A DNA stretch of 64,000 nt from Maritalea sp. (lineage in GTDB: Bacteria > Pseudomonadota > Alphaproteobacteria > Rhizobiales > Devosiaceae), in contig NZ_JBPOEU010000013.1 in NCBI RefSeq assembly GCF_051251695.1, positions 37,924 to 101,923 on the forward strand, read 5' to 3'. This document shows, in pieces, positions 9,414 to 21,494 of this stretch. Both the position numbers and the translations under genes were made by a program. Position 1 is the stretch's first letter; each line of letters opens with the position of its first letter. The notes beneath the pieces are model-generated. The model saw only the letters and a list, made by a program, of their open reading frames with translations. It was not told the origin of the DNA and made no database searches.

Positions 9414-10289
9414 ATGTTTCGTGGTTCTATTACAGCGTTGATCACGCCATTTCGCGATGGTGTAGTTGATGAGCCTGCATTTTCCCGTTTCGTAGACTGG
9501 CAAATAGAGGAGGGCACCAATGGTCTTGTACCTATGGGTACAACCGGTGAGTCCCCTACTGTTAGCCATGCCGAACACGAGCGGGTAATTGAGATCTGTG
9601 TTGAAACCACAAACAAACGGGTGCCGGTGATTGCCGGTGCCGGGTCCAATTCCACTAAAGAGGCCATCGGATTCGCAAAATTTGCTCAAAAAGTAGGTGC
9701 AGACGCTATTCTAACTGTGTCGCCCTATTACAATAAGCCAAATCAAGATGGCTTGTTCGCGCATTTCGCTGCGATTGCCAATTCCACCGACTTGCCGGTT
9801 TTTCTCTACAACATTCCAGGCCGCTCAATCGTCGATATCTCTATTGATACGATGGTACGCTTGCGCAAAGAGTGTCCAAATATTGTTGGTGTCAAAGACG
9901 CAACAGCAGATATGGCGCGGGCATCTTTGCAGCGCCATTATTTGGATGACAATTTCATTCAATTGACCGGAGATGATCTCTCAGCGCTCGGTTTTATGGC
10001 GCATGGTGGGCAAGGCTGCATTTCGGTTACGTCAAATGTTGCCCCAAAGCTGTGCAATGAGATGCAAGAAGCCTGTTTAAGCGGCGATTTTGCTAAAGCA
10101 TTATCGGTGCAAGACAAATTGGCACCACTGCACTCGGCTCTATTCAAAGATCCGAACCCAGTGCCCGTGAAGTATGTCGCATCACGTCTAGGGCTTTGCG
10201 AGCCGGACGTTAGGCTTCCTTTGGTATCGATTTCTGACAGCACGAGAGCTGAAGTCGATGCAGCGCTAGAACATGCGGGTTTAATATAG
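9414..10289 (+). CDS. dapA: 4-hydroxy-tetrahydrodipicolinate synthase
   Basis: GTTGES, PYYNKP, YNIPGR and GVKDAT motifs. Start 9414 (or 9408) chosen from the RBS AGGGA. Confidence 0.96.
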   Translation: MFRGSITALITPFRDGVVDEPAFSRFVDWQIEEGTNGLVPMGTTGESPTVSHAEHERVIEICVETTNKRVPVIAGAGSNSTKEAIGFAKFAQKVGADAILTVSPYYNKPNQDGLFAHFAAIANSTDLPVFLYNIPGRSIVDISIDTMVRLRKECPNIVGVKDATADMARASLQRHYLDDNFIQLTGDDLSALGFMAHGGQGCISVTSNVAPKLCNEMQEACLSGDFAKALSVQDKLAPLHSALFKDPNPVPVKYVASRLGLCEPDVRLPLVSISDSTRAEVDAALEHAGLI

Positions 10290-10294
10290 CCCAA

Positions 10295-10777
10295 ATGGCG
10301 CCGAAAAAGAAAAAAGACAAAGCAATATCGGGTCTGGTGGCGGAAAACCGTCGGGCTCGTTATGACTATGAAATCCTTGATACAATCGAAGCCGGGATCA
10401 TGTTGCAAGGCACCGAAGTTAAGTCACTTCGCAATGGCAAAGCACAAATCACGGAAAGCTATGCCACACCAGAAAACGGTGAGATTTGGCTGATCAACGC
10501 CCATATTCCAGAATATCTGCAAGCAAACCGCTACAATCACCATGAGCGCCGCAAGCGGAAACTTCTTTTGTCGAAAAAAGAAATGAACCGCCTCATGGGT
10601 GCCGTTGAAAGAAACGGCAACACCATTGTTCCTCTAAAACTCTATTTCAACGATCGTGGAATGGCGAAGCTATTGATCGCCCTGGCCAAAGGCAAACAGT
10701 CCCACGACAAACGCCAAACAGAGCGAGATCGCGACTGGGCGCGTCAAAAGTCACGCGTGATGAAAGATCACGGCTAA
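10295..10777 (+). CDS. smpB: SsrA-binding protein
   Basis: NRRARYDY...[14 protein letters not shown] and RKRKLLL motifs. Confidence 0.97.
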   Translation: MAPKKKKDKAISGLVAENRRARYDYEILDTIEAGIMLQGTEVKSLRNGKAQITESYATPENGEIWLINAHIPEYLQANRYNHHERRKRKLLLSKKEMNRLMGAVERNGNTIVPLKLYFNDRGMAKLLIALAKGKQSHDKRQTERDRDWARQKSRVMKDHG

Positions 10778-10783
10778 GCCGCT

Positions 10784-11422
10784 CTAACCGTCAATAATTT
10801 GCCTAGCCCGTGCAAAAATGTCCTCAAACATTTCTTCAGTAAGCACCTTCGTGTTCGTATTGTATCGAGAGCAGTGATAGCTATCGATGAGCAAAGAGCC
10901 GTTCGGCAGACGATGTTCATTGCCGTGACCAAAGGGATGGTCTTTTTTCTTCACGCCAAAAACGGTCAAAAACGAATTGTGGGCAATGCCCCCAAGCGCA
11001 ACCACAATTTGAACAGAACTGTTTTGCTCAATTGTTGCCTCAAGGAATGGGCGGCAATTACTGATTTCTGCGCCAATTGGTTTGTTTTCCGGTGGAACAC
11101 AGCGCACGGCATTGACGATTATCGCATCAACTAGCTTTAAACCATCATCAGATGATTGGCCGTACTCGCCCTGCGCGAAGCCGAATTTTACCAGTGTTTG
11201 ATACAATAAATCACCGGCCCAATCGCCCGTGAAGGGGCGTCCCGTTCGGTTTGCGCCGCGTAAACCGGGCGCGAGACCGACAATCATCAGATTTGGTGCG
11301 GGCGCACTCCAATTGGGAACTGGCCCATTGTGCCAGTCCGGAAATTTCTCGCGCGCGCCATTGCGAAACTGAACGAGCCGCGGGCACAATTGGCAATCCA
11401 AAGGCGGGTTGGTTTCAGTCAA
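10784..11422 (-). CDS. Uracil-DNA glycosylase, Fe-S type (family 5/UdgB-like)
   Basis: CQLCPRL, GLAPGLRGANRTGRPFTGD, RCVPPENKP and YHCSRYN motifs. TTG 11422 is the probable start; the ORF-track start 11500 overlaps the upstream gene. Confidence 0.88.
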   Translation of the reverse strand: MTETNPPLDCQLCPRLVQFRNGAREKFPDWHNGPVPNWSAPAPNLMIVGLAPGLRGANRTGRPFTGDWAGDLLYQTLVKFGFAQGEYGQSSDDGLKLVDAIIVNAVRCVPPENKPIGAEISNCRPFLEATIEQNSSVQIVVALGGIAHNSFLTVFGVKKKDHPFGHGNEHRLPNGSLLIDSYHCSRYNTNTKVLTEEMFEDIFARARQIIDG

Positions 11423-11435
11423 AGGAGTTAGAGAC

Positions 11436-11990
11436 CTATTTATCTGGCGTTTTTGCGCTCTCAGCTGGGTCACGACCAACTGACTTAGCAAGATCTGCAA
11501 TATCCATGAAATAATCAGCCTGACGACGTAAGTCGTCCGAAATCATGGGAGATGCAGTTGCTTTTGTGGAAACTACAGTCACCTTTTTACCGCGCTTTTG
11601 TAGCGCTGCAACAAGGGCCGTAAAATCGCCATCGCCAGAGAACAAAACAAGATGATCATAATGATCAGACAAATCGAGAGCATCGATTGTAATTTCGATG
11701 TCCATATTGCCTTTAATCTTGCGGCGTCCCTGAAAGTCCACAAATTCTTTTGCGGGCTTGGTGACAACTGTGTAACCGTTATAATCCAACCAGTCGATAA
11801 GGGGGCGAATGGAGGAGTATTCTTGGTCTTCCACAAGCGCGGTATAATAATACGCGCGCAACAAATATGCTTGGCTTTGGAATTCAGCCAACATACGACG
11901 ATAATCTAATTCTGCGCCCAATGCCTTTGCAGTAGCATATAGATTGGCACCGTCCATAAATAGGACAATTTTTTCACTCGGATCAAACAT
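11436..11990 (-). CDS. NYN domain protein (LabA/DUF88 family)
   Basis: FMDGANLY, KGNMDIEI.ID, LFSGDGDF and LRRQADYF motifs. Confidence 0.9.
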   Translation of the reverse strand: MFDPSEKIVLFMDGANLYATAKALGAELDYRRMLAEFQSQAYLLRAYYYTALVEDQEYSSIRPLIDWLDYNGYTVVTKPAKEFVDFQGRRKIKGNMDIEITIDALDLSDHYDHLVLFSGDGDFTALVAALQKRGKKVTVVSTKATASPMISDDLRRQADYFMDIADLAKSVGRDPAESAKTPDK

Positions 11991-12267
11991 TCAGCAAATT
12001 TGCCTTACTCTACGTCAACAAGCAATTATGGCTTGTTATTTTTGACATAATATTACGATATGACTCAGTATTATGCCTATAATTTCGCGATTAATAGCAT
12101 TTTTGCCACACAAATCACATTACTTTGGTTCAACCGAGTTAATAAATCAAAAAACACGAATATGTCGATGATTAATATTCGAACAATGCGGGGTAAATTT
12201 GGACCTTGTAAAAAGCTTGTACCTGTTGTAAGCACGGCGACCTATACTTAGTTTTGGAGAAGTCACT

Positions 12268-12639
12268 TTGGCACGCGTCACAGTTGAAGATTGCATCGAA
12301 AAAATTCCAAACCGTTTTGAGCTTGTCCTTTTGGCATCTCATCGCGCACGTTTGATCTCATCCGGTTCGCAAATTACGGTTAGCCGTGACAATGACAAAA
12401 ACCCGGTTGTCTCGCTTCGCGAAATCGGCGACGGCACAATTTCTGCTGGTGACCTAAAAGAAGACTTGATCCATTCTCTTCAAAAATATGTGGAAGTTGA
12501 TGAGCCGGAAGCAGACACTGCTCCGCTTATCGAAAGCCGCACAGATAGCGACGAGGGTATGGTCTTTGATACAATGAGTGAAGAAGAGCTTCTTCGCGGT
12601 ATCGAAGGTTTGGCGCCCCCAGAACGGCGCGACGATTAG
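12268..12639 (+). CDS. rpoZ: RNA polymerase omega subunit (TTG start)
   Basis: ARVTVEDC...[14 protein letters not shown]...[12 protein letters not shown]; RBS GGAGA upstream of TTG. Confidence 0.96.
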   Translation: MARVTVEDCIEKIPNRFELVLLASHRARLISSGSQITVSRDNDKNPVVSLREIGDGTISAGDLKEDLIHSLQKYVEVDEPEADTAPLIESRTDSDEGMVFDTMSEEELLRGIEGLAPPERRDD

Positions 12640-12673
12640 TCTTGCATCGCAGGGCTACAAACCGTTAGATTTT

Positions 12674-12699
12674 AAGGCGTCGGTTTCGACGCCTTTTTT
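12674..12699 (+). terminator. Terminator-like hairpin between rpoZ and rsh
   Basis: AAGGCGTCG-GTTT-CGACGCCTT followed by TTTT. Confidence 0.8.
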
Positions 12700-12744
12700 A
12701 TGCACTAAGTTCAACCAAATTTTTGCGGAGCAGCGCTAAAAGCC

Positions 12745-15033
12745 ATGATGCGTCAATATGAGCTTGTCGAGCTCGTGCAAGCTTACAACCCCAAAGCTGA
12801 TGAAGCCTTGTTAAACAAGGCTTATGTCTATGGCATGCGCAAGCATGGCGCACAAACCCGTGCATCCGGTGATCCCTATTTCGCGCATCCCTTGGAGGTT
12901 GCAGCGATCCTCACCGAATTGCATTTGGACGATGCCACAATTGCAGTGGCGCTTTTGCACGACACAATTGAGGACACGGACGCAACACGGGCTGAAATTG
13001 ATCAACTCTTTGGCTCTGAGATTGGGGCGATTGTTGAAGGTCTCACCAAGATCGATCGACTAAATCTGACATCGCGCGAAGAGGCGCAAGCCGAAAACCT
13101 TCGAAAACTGCTGCTGGCGATCTCCGAAGATGTGCGGGTGTTGTTGGTTAAACTGGCGGATCGCTTACACAATATGCGCACGCTCGGGTTTGTGCCAGAA
13201 CACAAGCGTAAACGCATAGCTCAAGAAACAATGGAAATTTATGCGCCTTTGGCAGGGCGTATGGGGATGCAAGATTTGCGGTCAGAGTTGGAAGATCTTT
13301 CCTTTAAGACCCTGCACCCAGAGCATCATGCTGCCATTTCTGAGCGTTTGGCTGACTACGAAGAAGAAAACAGACAAGTTGTAGATGAAATTCGCATGGA
13401 GTTGGCCGCGCGATTCGTTGAAGAGGGCATACTTGCCGACGTTACAACACGGTTGAAAGCACCATTTTCGATTTTTAAGAAAATGGAGCGCAAGTCCATT
13501 GGTCTGGAACAACTATCTGATATTATCGGTTTTCGCGTGGTGGTTGATGATGTCGCTAAATGTTATCAGGCACTTGGCGTTGTCCACACCACATGGTCGG
13601 TCGTTCCCGGACGATTTAAAGACTACATTTCCACACCCAAACAAAATGACTATCGCTCAATCCACACAACCATTGTTGGGCCGCGACGCCAACGGGTTGA
13701 GTTGCAATTGCGCACCAGGGAAATGCACCGAATTGCAGAGCTCGGCATTGCCGCCCACGCCCTTTATAAAGAAGGCATCTCGGGCGATATGGGGCGACTT
13801 GAGCAAGAGAGCCGGGCATATGGATGGCTGCGGTCAACAATTGCGCACCTTACCGAAGGGGAAAATCCGCAAGAATTTTTGGAGCACACCAAGCTTGAAC
13901 TGTTTCAGGATCAGGTCTTTTGCTTCACACCCAACGGGCGTCTGATCGCCTTGCCGCGCGGCGCGTCATCCATCGATTTCGCCTACGCAGTGCATACCGA
14001 TATCGGCGACACCTGCGTTGGCTGCAAGGTCAATGGCACAATTATGCCGTTGAACACCCAATTGCGTAACGGTGATGAAGTCGAAATCGTCCGTGACCCC
14101 GAGCACAGCCCGCCACCCAATTGGGAAAATATTGCCATAACGGGGAAAGCCCGTGCTGCAATACGACGCTCCCTGCGCAACGCATCGCAAGAGCGCGCAC
14201 ATTCGTTAGGGCAACAAATTTATGAAGCAATTTTGGAGCGCGAGACAATTGTTCTTGATGTAAAAGAGAGCAAATTGTTGTTGTCAGCCCTTAATTTAGC
14301 TTCGCAGCGTCAATTGTTTATTGCATTGGGTGAAGCAACGCTGTCCGGGGACGATCTCGTTCGGCAGATGGACACAATAAGAGGCGCGGAGAAGGGCAAG
14401 AAACGCAAGCCGATGGGGCTGCGTGTTGGCACATCAGCTGACGGATGGTTTTCTCTCGCCCAAGGGCCTGGATTTAAGTTCCGAGTGCCCGGAGGGCAAA
14501 ATGTGCCTGAAAGTGTCTCGCGGACATTTTCCAGCTTGGACTTTACAACTCCAGTAAAAAAGGCTGCTGAAGGCATCGTGCCCGGAGATCGTCTAGTGGG
14601 CATATTACCTTCGGATGGCATCCTTACGATCTATCCAATAGGGTCTGAGGCATTGCCAGCTTATCACGATCAAAAAGTGCTTTGGATCGATGTCTTATGG
14701 GACATCGCGGACGATGACATGTCAACTTACAGCGCCATTCTAGCGATTCAATCAGTCAATAAACCGGGCATTTTGGCACAAGTAACCTCATCAATTGCTG
14801 CAACGGGAGCCAACATCTCGAATTTACTTTCGCGTTCTGCGACGGTTGATTTCAACGAAATGTTGTTCCAATTGGAGTTGGTTGATATCACGCAGCTAAA
14901 TGATGTCATTGCCACGCTCACACGTATTGTTGGTGTATCCAAAGTTGTTCGCGCCAGCGCCGCAGAAGCTGAAATTGTTGAGAACATGAGTGATCAATAT
15001 CAACAATTGGAAATAGAGGAGAATAAGGGATGA
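12745..15033 (+). CDS. spoT: Bifunctional (p)ppGpp synthetase/hydrolase (Rsh)
   Basis: HD domain (LLHDTIED), synthetase motifs ([17 protein letters not shown]), TGS domain and C-terminal ACT domain. Confidence 0.96.
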   Translation: MMRQYELVELVQAYNPKADEALLNKAYVYGMRKHGAQTRASGDPYFAHPLEVAAILTELHLDDATIAVALLHDTIEDTDATRAEIDQLFGSEIGAIVEGLTKIDRLNLTSREEAQAENLRKLLLAISEDVRVLLVKLADRLHNMRTLGFVPEHKRKRIAQETMEIYAPLAGRMGMQDLRSELEDLSFKTLHPEHHAAISERLADYEEENRQVVDEIRMELAARFVEEGILADVTTRLKAPFSIFKKMERKSIGLEQLSDIIGFRVVVDDVAKCYQALGVVHTTWSVVPGRFKDYISTPKQNDYRSIHTTIVGPRRQRVELQLRTREMHRIAELGIAAHALYKEGISGDMGRLEQESRAYGWLRSTIAHLTEGENPQEFLEHTKLELFQDQVFCFTPNGRLIALPRGASSIDFAYAVHTDIGDTCVGCKVNGTIMPLNTQLRNGDEVEIVRDPEHSPPPNWENIAITGKARAAIRRSLRNASQERAHSLGQQIYEAILERETIVLDVKESKLLLSALNLASQRQLFIALGEATLSGDDLVRQMDTIRGAEKGKKRKPMGLRVGTSADGWFSLAQGPGFKFRVPGGQNVPESVSRTFSSLDFTTPVKKAAEGIVPGDRLVGILPSDGILTIYPIGSEALPAYHDQKVLWIDVLWDIADDDMSTYSAILAIQSVNKPGILAQVTSSIAATGANISNLLSRSATVDFNEMLFQLELVDITQLNDVIATLTRIVGVSKVVRASAAEAEIVENMSDQYQQLEIEENKG

Positions 15034-15614
15034 ACCAAGAAGAAGTTTTAGCGGTTTTTCGGTCGTGTGGGGCAATATTGGAAGGCCATTTTATTCTGTC
15101 CTCTGGCCTACGTTCGCCAACATTCTTGCAAAAACAACGCGTGTTCATGCATGCCGATAAAGCTGAAATTCTTTGCAAAGCGTTGGCCGAGAAAATCGTA
15201 GCGCAAGGATTTGGCGATGTATCTCAAATCGTCTCACCGGCAATCGGCGGCATTATTCCCGGCTACGAAACCTCTCGTCACCTTAAAAAGCCTGCGATTT
15301 TCACCGAGCGCGTGAATGGCAAATTTGAACTGCGCCGGGGCTTTGAAATTGAACCGGGCGAAAAAGTAATTGTTGTTGAAGACATTGTTTCAACCGGCCT
15401 TTCGATCAGGGAGTGCGTTGAGTGCTTAACTGACCTTGGGGCTGAAGTTGTTGCAGCTGCATGTCTTGTTGACCGCTCAGATGGTGAGGCGGATATCGGC
15501 GTGCCGTTGGTCGCTTTGACCGGGTTCAAAGTACCTGCATATGCGCCAGATGATTTACCCCCAGAATTGGCGGCAATACCGGCTGTAAAGCCAGGTAGTC
15601 GCGGTCTTAAATAG
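15030..15614 (+). CDS. pyrE: Orotate phosphoribosyltransferase
   Basis: [11 protein letters not shown] and the PRPP motif VVEDIVSTG. Confidence 0.93.
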   Translation: MNQEEVLAVFRSCGAILEGHFILSSGLRSPTFLQKQRVFMHADKAEILCKALAEKIVAQGFGDVSQIVSPAIGGIIPGYETSRHLKKPAIFTERVNGKFELRRGFEIEPGEKVIVVEDIVSTGLSIRECVECLTDLGAEVVAAACLVDRSDGEADIGVPLVALTGFKVPAYAPDDLPPELAAIPAVKPGSRGLK

Positions 15615-15629
15615 GGTAGGTGCAAAAAT

Positions 15630-16028
15630 ATGATCATCGGGATGGGCAACGATATTTGTGAGATCGCAAGGGTGGAAAAAACACTAGAGCGTCACAGTGA
15701 GCGCTTCACCATGCGTTGCTTTACCGAAATTGAGCGCACTAAATCCGATCGCCGCAAACAACGCGCTGCAAGTTATGCCAAGCGTTTTGCCGCCAAAGAG
15801 GCGTGTGCTAAGGCCCTTGGGACTGGCATGTCACATGGGGTTTTCTGGCGCGATATTGGGGTTGTCAATTTGCCGTCGGGCAAACCAACGCTTAAGTTGA
15901 CCAACGGCGCCCTAAAAGCGCTGCAAAGACTTGTGCCAGAGGGCCATAATCCCCACATTCATATTTCGATAACTGACGATAACGGCATGGCGCAGGCATT
16001 TGTTATCATTGAAGCTCTTGAAGTTTGA
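15630..16028 (+). CDS. acpS: Holo-ACP synthase
   Basis: [21 protein letters not shown] and SITDD motifs. Confidence 0.95.
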   Translation: MIIGMGNDICEIARVEKTLERHSERFTMRCFTEIERTKSDRRKQRAASYAKRFAAKEACAKALGTGMSHGVFWRDIGVVNLPSGKPTLKLTNGALKALQRLVPEGHNPHIHISITDDNGMAQAFVIIEALEV

Positions 16029-16077
16029 CAAAAATCCGTTGATAAGACGCCATCAACCACCAGACAAGCAGGACCAA

Positions 16078-16854
16078 ATGGCCGGAAAAATTGAGAACAA
16101 GCTTGATGCCAATGGCAAGCCCACGGCCAAAAGTGAAATTTGGGAAACGATTGTTATTCTCGTGCAAGCACTTGCTATTGCACTGATTTTCCGTAGCTTT
16201 TTGTTTCAGCCATTTTCAATCCCAACCGCATCGTTGCAGTCAAATGTGATGATCGGTGACTATATTTTGGCGTCGAAATACACCTATGGTTATTCCAAAT
16301 ACTCGTTCCCGTTCGAAATTATTCCCTTTAGCGGTCGGATATTTGGTCGAGCACCAGAGCGTGGAGAAATCGCCGTTTTCCGCCCCGTGCCGCAAACAGT
16401 TGATTATGTGAAGCGCGTAATCGGTTTGCCCGGTGACACAATTCAGATGAAAAAAGGCGTGCTGCATATTAACGGCACAGCCGTACAAAAAGAACGCGTT
16501 GGCACAATTATCGATACGGACAGTCGCGGCGACTCGCTTGAAATGATTCAATATCGTGAAACGTTGCCGAGCGGCGTGAGCTATCTTGTTCAAGAGTTTT
16601 CCGATACGCGCCCATTCGACGAGACAAGCGTTTATACCGTGCCAGATGGTCATTACTTTATGATGGGTGACAATAGAGACCGCTCATTGGATAGCCGTTC
16701 ATTGCAAACCGTCGGTTATGTGCCGTTGGAAAATTTCATTGGTAAGGCTGAGGTACGGTTCTTCTCCATAAAAGACAACATCAATCCTTGGCAGGTTTGG
16801 CGCTGGCCGGGCAATGTTCGCCTAGAGCGCATGTTCCAATCCGTCTACCAATGA
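16078..16854 (+). CDS. lepB: Signal peptidase I
   Basis: FSIPTASL (catalytic Ser), YVKRVIGLPGD and GDNRDRSLDSR. ATG 16078 follows AGGA. Confidence 0.95.
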   Translation: MAGKIENKLDANGKPTAKSEIWETIVILVQALAIALIFRSFLFQPFSIPTASLQSNVMIGDYILASKYTYGYSKYSFPFEIIPFSGRIFGRAPERGEIAVFRPVPQTVDYVKRVIGLPGDTIQMKKGVLHINGTAVQKERVGTIIDTDSRGDSLEMIQYRETLPSGVSYLVQEFSDTRPFDETSVYTVPDGHYFMMGDNRDRSLDSRSLQTVGYVPLENFIGKAEVRFFSIKDNINPWQVWRWPGNVRLERMFQSVYQ

Positions 16855-17561
16855 ACACAAGAAACCGTACAATAGACGAGCTGGAACGACGAACTGGGCA
16901 CCAGTTCAAAGATAGATCGCTGTTAACGCGATCTATCACGCATTCTAGCGCAGTTGCGCCCACCAGACGTACCGAGAACTCATACCAACGGTTAGAGTTT
17001 TTGGGCGACCGGGTTTTGGGGCTTGTTGTTGCTGACAGATTGTTGCGCGACAATGTTGGCGCCAACGAGGGTGGTTTGTCTCGCGCGCTTAATTCAGTTG
17101 TTCGTAAGGAAAGTTGCGCGGATGTTGCGCGTAAACTTGATGTCGGACCTGCGCTCATTATGGGGCAAAGCGAAGCGAAGTCCGGTGGCGCACAAAAAGA
17201 AGCTATTCTTGGCGATGTTTGCGAGGCGATTATTGGCGCGCTCTATGTGGATGGTGGTATCGAGGTTGCTCGAACATTCATCGAAAAACATTTTGCAAAA
17301 TACATTAAAGGCGGCACCGATGGCCGTGGCGATGCGAAAACCAGTTTGCAGGAATGGGCCCAATCAAAAAGCCTAAGCCTTCCTGTTTACGTTGAGGTTT
17401 TGCGCGAAGGGCCCGACCACGCACCTGAATTTACAATTGAAGTACAAATTGAAAAACATGTTTCAGCAACTGCGATGGGCAAGTCGAAGAAGTTTGCTGA
17501 ACATGAAGCGGCCATGAATTTTTTAATCCGCGAAGGCATTTGGAGCGAAGATGACGAATAA
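16851..17561 (+). CDS. rnc: Ribonuclease III
   Basis: QRLEFLGDRVLGL signature and C-terminal dsRBD. The ATG overlaps the lepB stop (ATGA). Confidence 0.96.
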   Translation: MNTRNRTIDELERRTGHQFKDRSLLTRSITHSSAVAPTRRTENSYQRLEFLGDRVLGLVVADRLLRDNVGANEGGLSRALNSVVRKESCADVARKLDVGPALIMGQSEAKSGGAQKEAILGDVCEAIIGALYVDGGIEVARTFIEKHFAKYIKGGTDGRGDAKTSLQEWAQSKSLSLPVYVEVLREGPDHAPEFTIEVQIEKHVSATAMGKSKKFAEHEAAMNFLIREGIWSEDDE

Positions 17562-18462
17562 CCACCCCCTTGATACCAGATGCGGATTTGTCGCGTTGGT
17601 CGGGGCACCCAATGCAGGTAAATCAACACTGCTAAATGCGTTGGTTGGCACTAAAGTGTCGATTGTAACGCACAAGGCGCAAACCACACGGGCGCAAGTG
17701 CGCGGTGTTGTTACCCTTGAGAAAAACCAAATCATCTTTGTTGATACACCAGGTATTTTTCTCCCAAAACGTCGTCTAGACCGCGCAATGGTTCAATCGG
17801 CGTGGAACGGCGTTGGCGACGCAGATATGGTCGCGCTGATCATTGATGCGAAGCGCGGCATTGTTGACGAAGTTGAACGTTTGCTGGATGGTCTTAAAGA
17901 TTACAATCAGCGCAAAGTGCTTGTGCTCAATAAAATCGACCAGATCGATCACGAAAAACTGCTTGAGTTGTCAAAGACACTGAACGAAAAAGTTGATTTC
18001 GATCAGACCTTCATGGTTTCAGCGCTAAAGGGCCACGGCGTAAAAGATTTTGTGAATTTTTGTGGTGAACAAATGCCAGTTGACCATTGGCATTTCCCAG
18101 AAGATCATTTGACCGACCTTACTATGGCGCTTACCGCTGCAGAAGTGACGCGGGAAAAACTGTTTTTGCGTATCCATGAAGAGATACCTTATGGCGCGAC
18201 TGTTGAAACCGAGAGTTTTAAAACGCAAAAAGACGGCTCAATCCGCATCCAACAAATAATTTACGTGGCTCGCGACGGGCACAAGAAAATTATTTTGGGT
18301 AAAAACGGCCAAGCGATTAAGGCAATCGGGGCTGAGTCACGCAAAGAACTCATGGAAATGTTTGATGTCAAAATACATCTGTTCCTGTTCATCAAAGTTC
18401 GTGAAAAATGGGGCGATGACCCATCTCGCTATCGGGAAATGGGACTTGAATTCCCCAAATAG
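17551..18462 (+). CDS. era: GTPase Era
   Basis: GAPNAGKS, DTPG and NKID motifs plus a KH domain. Confidence 0.97.
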   Translation: MTNNHPLDTRCGFVALVGAPNAGKSTLLNALVGTKVSIVTHKAQTTRAQVRGVVTLEKNQIIFVDTPGIFLPKRRLDRAMVQSAWNGVGDADMVALIIDAKRGIVDEVERLLDGLKDYNQRKVLVLNKIDQIDHEKLLELSKTLNEKVDFDQTFMVSALKGHGVKDFVNFCGEQMPVDHWHFPEDHLTDLTMALTAAEVTREKLFLRIHEEIPYGATVETESFKTQKDGSIRIQQIIYVARDGHKKIILGKNGQAIKAIGAESRKELMEMFDVKIHLFLFIKVREKWGDDPSRYREMGLEFPK

Positions 18463-18469
18463 GTCTTAA

Positions 18470-19192
18470 ATGGAGTGGCGTGACGAAGGTCTTATTCTTG
18501 GCACCAGAAAACATGGCGAAAATGCCGTGATTGTGGAAGCTATGACCGTTGAACACGGCCGTCACATGGGTTTGGTTCGCGGTGGTCGCTCTCGACGTTT
18601 CGCTGCGCTTTTACAGGCAGGAAATAGTGTCGAATTGTCTTGGCGCGCGCGTCTAGAAAACCATTTGGGTTCATATACGGTCGAAGCACTTTCGTTGCGC
18701 GCTGCGGCGCTGATGCAAACACGCGAACGCCTTTCATTGAGCCAACTGATTTGTGAACATTTACGCGCATTGCCAGAGCGAGATCCGCATCCGCGTTTGC
18801 TGGCCGAAGCCACCGCAATGCACGACATTGAAGCAAGCGGATATATCCTTGGATCTGCGCTGGCAAAATTCGAAATGCGTTTGCTTAATGAATTGGGTTT
18901 TGGGATCGACATTAAAAGCTGCGCTTTGACCGGAGAAGAAACGGGTCTGGCCTATATCTCTCCAAAAACCGGACGAGCGGTGACCCACGAGGCAGCGCAA
19001 CCCTATTTGTCCAAGCTCATGAAATTGCCCTCGCTGTTCGGCGGAATATTAGAATTGAGCGAAAAAGCTGAACTTGAAGCCGCATTTGCGCTAACAGAGC
19101 ATTTTTTAAACATGCATATTTGGTCGCCGCGCCAATTATCCCCACCTTCTATGCGACAACGGCTGATCAAAACCCTATGTGAAGGGCTATAA
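18470..19192 (+). CDS. recO: DNA repair protein RecO
   Basis: MEWRDEG.ILG..KHGE, HLG and ERDPHP motifs; follows era. Confidence 0.93.
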   Translation: MEWRDEGLILGTRKHGENAVIVEAMTVEHGRHMGLVRGGRSRRFAALLQAGNSVELSWRARLENHLGSYTVEALSLRAAALMQTRERLSLSQLICEHLRALPERDPHPRLLAEATAMHDIEASGYILGSALAKFEMRLLNELGFGIDIKSCALTGEETGLAYISPKTGRAVTHEAAQPYLSKLMKLPSLFGGILELSEKAELEAAFALTEHFLNMHIWSPRQLSPPSMRQRLIKTLCEGL

Positions 19193-19247
19193 TCAGTTGA
19201 GTGATTCGATTTAACTGATCCATTTCTAAAGCGTAACGAGGCAATCT

Positions 19248-21494
19248 ATGGGCGATCAGCAGCCCCCAGACGACAGTGGTCAACTTCCAGTACTAAAACT
19301 CAAGTCAGCGCTTGAAGAGCGTTATTTGAACTATGCGCTGTCGACTATTACTCAACGGGCTTTGCCGGATGTAAGGGACGGGCTTAAACCTGTTCACAGA
19401 CGAATTTTGCACGCCATGCGTTTGCTTAAGCTCGAACCGGGGCAGGGATATAAAAAGTCATCTCGTGTCGTCGGTGACGTTATCGGTAAGTTCCACCCAC
19501 ACGGTGATCAATCTGTCTATGACGCTCTGGTGCGTTTGGCGCAGGATTTTGCAGTTCGTTATCCGCTTGTTGACGGCCAAGGAAACTTTGGTAACATCGA
19601 CGGCGATAGCGCGGCTGCGATGCGGTACACCGAAGCGCGATTGACCGACGTTGCTGGTCGCTTACTCGAGGGTATCACAGAAGACGCCGTTGATTTTCGC
19701 GACACATATGATGGCGAAGACAACGAACCGGTTGTTCTTCCCTCCAATTTTCCCAATCTCTTGGCAAATGGCTCAAGCGGCATTGCGGTTGGGATGGCGA
19801 CGTCTATCCCGCCGCACAATGTTGCTGAATTGTGTGACGCGGCACTTCATCTGATCAAAACGCCGAATGCGCGGACTGAAACCTTGGTCAATTATGTAAA
19901 AGGTCCAGATTTCCCAACCGGCGGCATTTTGATTGATGGCGAACAGTCAATCATCAACGCCTACGAAACGGGACGCGGGGCATTCAGATGTCGTGCGCGT
20001 TGGGAAAGTGAAGATACCGGTCGCGGCGGATATCAAATCGTTATCACCGAAGTTCCTTATCAGGTGCCGAAAGCGCGGTTGGTTGAAAAAATTGCTGACC
20101 TGCTGATCGCTAAGCGCTTGCCACTATTGCGCGACGTACGAGACGAGTCCGACGAAAATGTGCGTCTGGTGTTGGAGCCGAAATCTCGCGTTGTTGACCC
20201 CATTATGTTGATGGAGTCCATGTTCAAGCTCACCGATCTTGAAAGTCGGATTTCACTCAACCTCAACGTATTGACCAAAGGCGCGGTGCCCCGCGTTCTT
20301 GGCCTTGGCGATACACTTCGTGAATGGCTAGATCACCGCAAAGAAGTGCTGGTCAGACGTTCAAATCATCGATTGCGCCATATCGAACATCGCCTGAATG
20401 TTCTAAGTGGTTATTTGATTGCTTACCTCAATCTAGACGAGGTCATCCGCATTATCCGTCAAGAAGACAATGCGAAATCGTCGCTGATGGCTGCATTCAA
20501 TCTGAATGATGTGCAAGCTGAAGCCATCCTCAATATGCGCTTGCGGGCATTGCGCAAACTCGAAGAAGTTGAAATTCGCACGGAATTCGACGGTTTGACC
20601 GTTGAAAAGGCAAAAATTGAAGAGCTTTTGGGCTCTGATCCTCAGCAATGGCAGGTAATTTCGACACAGATTAGAGACCTTCGGAAAGCCTACGGTCAAG
20701 ACACCAAAATTGGTCGTCGTCGTACGACGTTCGAGGATGCCCCCGTGGCCAATCTGGAAGACATCCAAACCGCAATGATTGAGCGGGAGCCGGTGACCAT
20801 TATCCTATCGGAAAAAGGCTGGATTAGAGCGCTTAAAGGGCACACGACTGATATTGAAGGTTTAACGTTCAAAACTGACGACCGGATAAAGACGTGGGCA
20901 CACGCTCAAACGACAGACAAATTGTTCCTTGTGGCAACAAACGGCAAGGTCTTCACACTGCTTGCGGATAAACTGCCGGGCGGGCGAGGGCATGGTGAAC
21001 CTGTTCGTATTCTGATCGATTTGGAAGAAAGTGCCGACATTTTAGACCTTTGTGTCCATGTACCAGGAACAAAACGCATGATTGCATCTGACATTGGCAA
21101 CGGGTTTGTTGTTGGTGAAGAAGCCATGATCGCCAATACGCGCAAGGGCAAGCAGGTGCTTAATGTTACGGGCGAACAAGAAGCTAAGATTTTCGTTAAA
21201 GCTGAAGGCGATATGGTCGCTGTGATCGGCCAAAATCGCAAGCTGCTTGTGTTCTCAAGAGATCAGTTGCCTGAAATGGGACGTGGAAAAGGCGTCCGTT
21301 TGCAGCGTTACAAAGACGGTGGGGTTTCTGACGTTAAACTCTTCAACGCTGAGGACGGTCTAACTTGGACAGATAGCTCCGGAAGGACTTACACCAAAAA
21401 GGGTGAAGAACTTCTGGAATGGCAGGGTGAACGCGCCCAAGCTGGACGACAGCCGCCAACCGGTTTCCCGCGCAACAACAAGTTCAAAGGCTAG
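19248..21494 (+). CDS. parC: DNA topoisomerase IV subunit A
   Basis: [21 protein letters not shown] and the catalytic [10 protein letters not shown]. Confidence 0.95.
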   Translation: MGDQQPPDDSGQLPVLKLKSALEERYLNYALSTITQRALPDVRDGLKPVHRRILHAMRLLKLEPGQGYKKSSRVVGDVIGKFHPHGDQSVYDALVRLAQDFAVRYPLVDGQGNFGNIDGDSAAAMRYTEARLTDVAGRLLEGITEDAVDFRDTYDGEDNEPVVLPSNFPNLLANGSSGIAVGMATSIPPHNVAELCDAALHLIKTPNARTETLVNYVKGPDFPTGGILIDGEQSIINAYETGRGAFRCRARWESEDTGRGGYQIVITEVPYQVPKARLVEKIADLLIAKRLPLLRDVRDESDENVRLVLEPKSRVVDPIMLMESMFKLTDLESRISLNLNVLTKGAVPRVLGLGDTLREWLDHRKEVLVRRSNHRLRHIEHRLNVLSGYLIAYLNLDEVIRIIRQEDNAKSSLMAAFNLNDVQAEAILNMRLRALRKLEEVEIRTEFDGLTVEKAKIEELLGSDPQQWQVISTQIRDLRKAYGQDTKIGRRRTTFEDAPVANLEDIQTAMIEREPVTIILSEKGWIRALKGHTTDIEGLTFKTDDRIKTWAHAQTTDKLFLVATNGKVFTLLADKLPGGRGHGEPVRILIDLEESADILDLCVHVPGTKRMIASDIGNGFVVGEEAMIANTRKGKQVLNVTGEQEAKIFVKAEGDMVAVIGQNRKLLVFSRDQLPEMGRGKGVRLQRYKDGGVSDVKLFNAEDGLTWTDSSGRTYTKKGEELLEWQGERAQAGRQPPTGFPRNNKFKG

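Noticed and set aside
12060-12251. 63-aa ORF in the AT-rich NYN-rpoZ spacer; considered as a folK remnant
   Set aside because: Only a vague RGKFGP similarity, with no other FolK motifs and no RBS; more likely promoter DNA.
14490-14700. Rsh lacks the zinc-finger cysteines
   Set aside because: Common in Rhizobiales Rsh proteins, so not specific to this genome.
15614-15630. No pdxJ between pyrE and acpS
   Set aside because: The position of pdxJ varies among alphaproteobacteria, there is no remnant, and loss cannot be judged from this window.
19490-19530. ParC QRDR reads [10 protein letters not shown] (Gln at the Ser80-equivalent position)
   Set aside because: A natural variant in alphaproteobacterial ParC; not evidence of acquired quinolone resistance.
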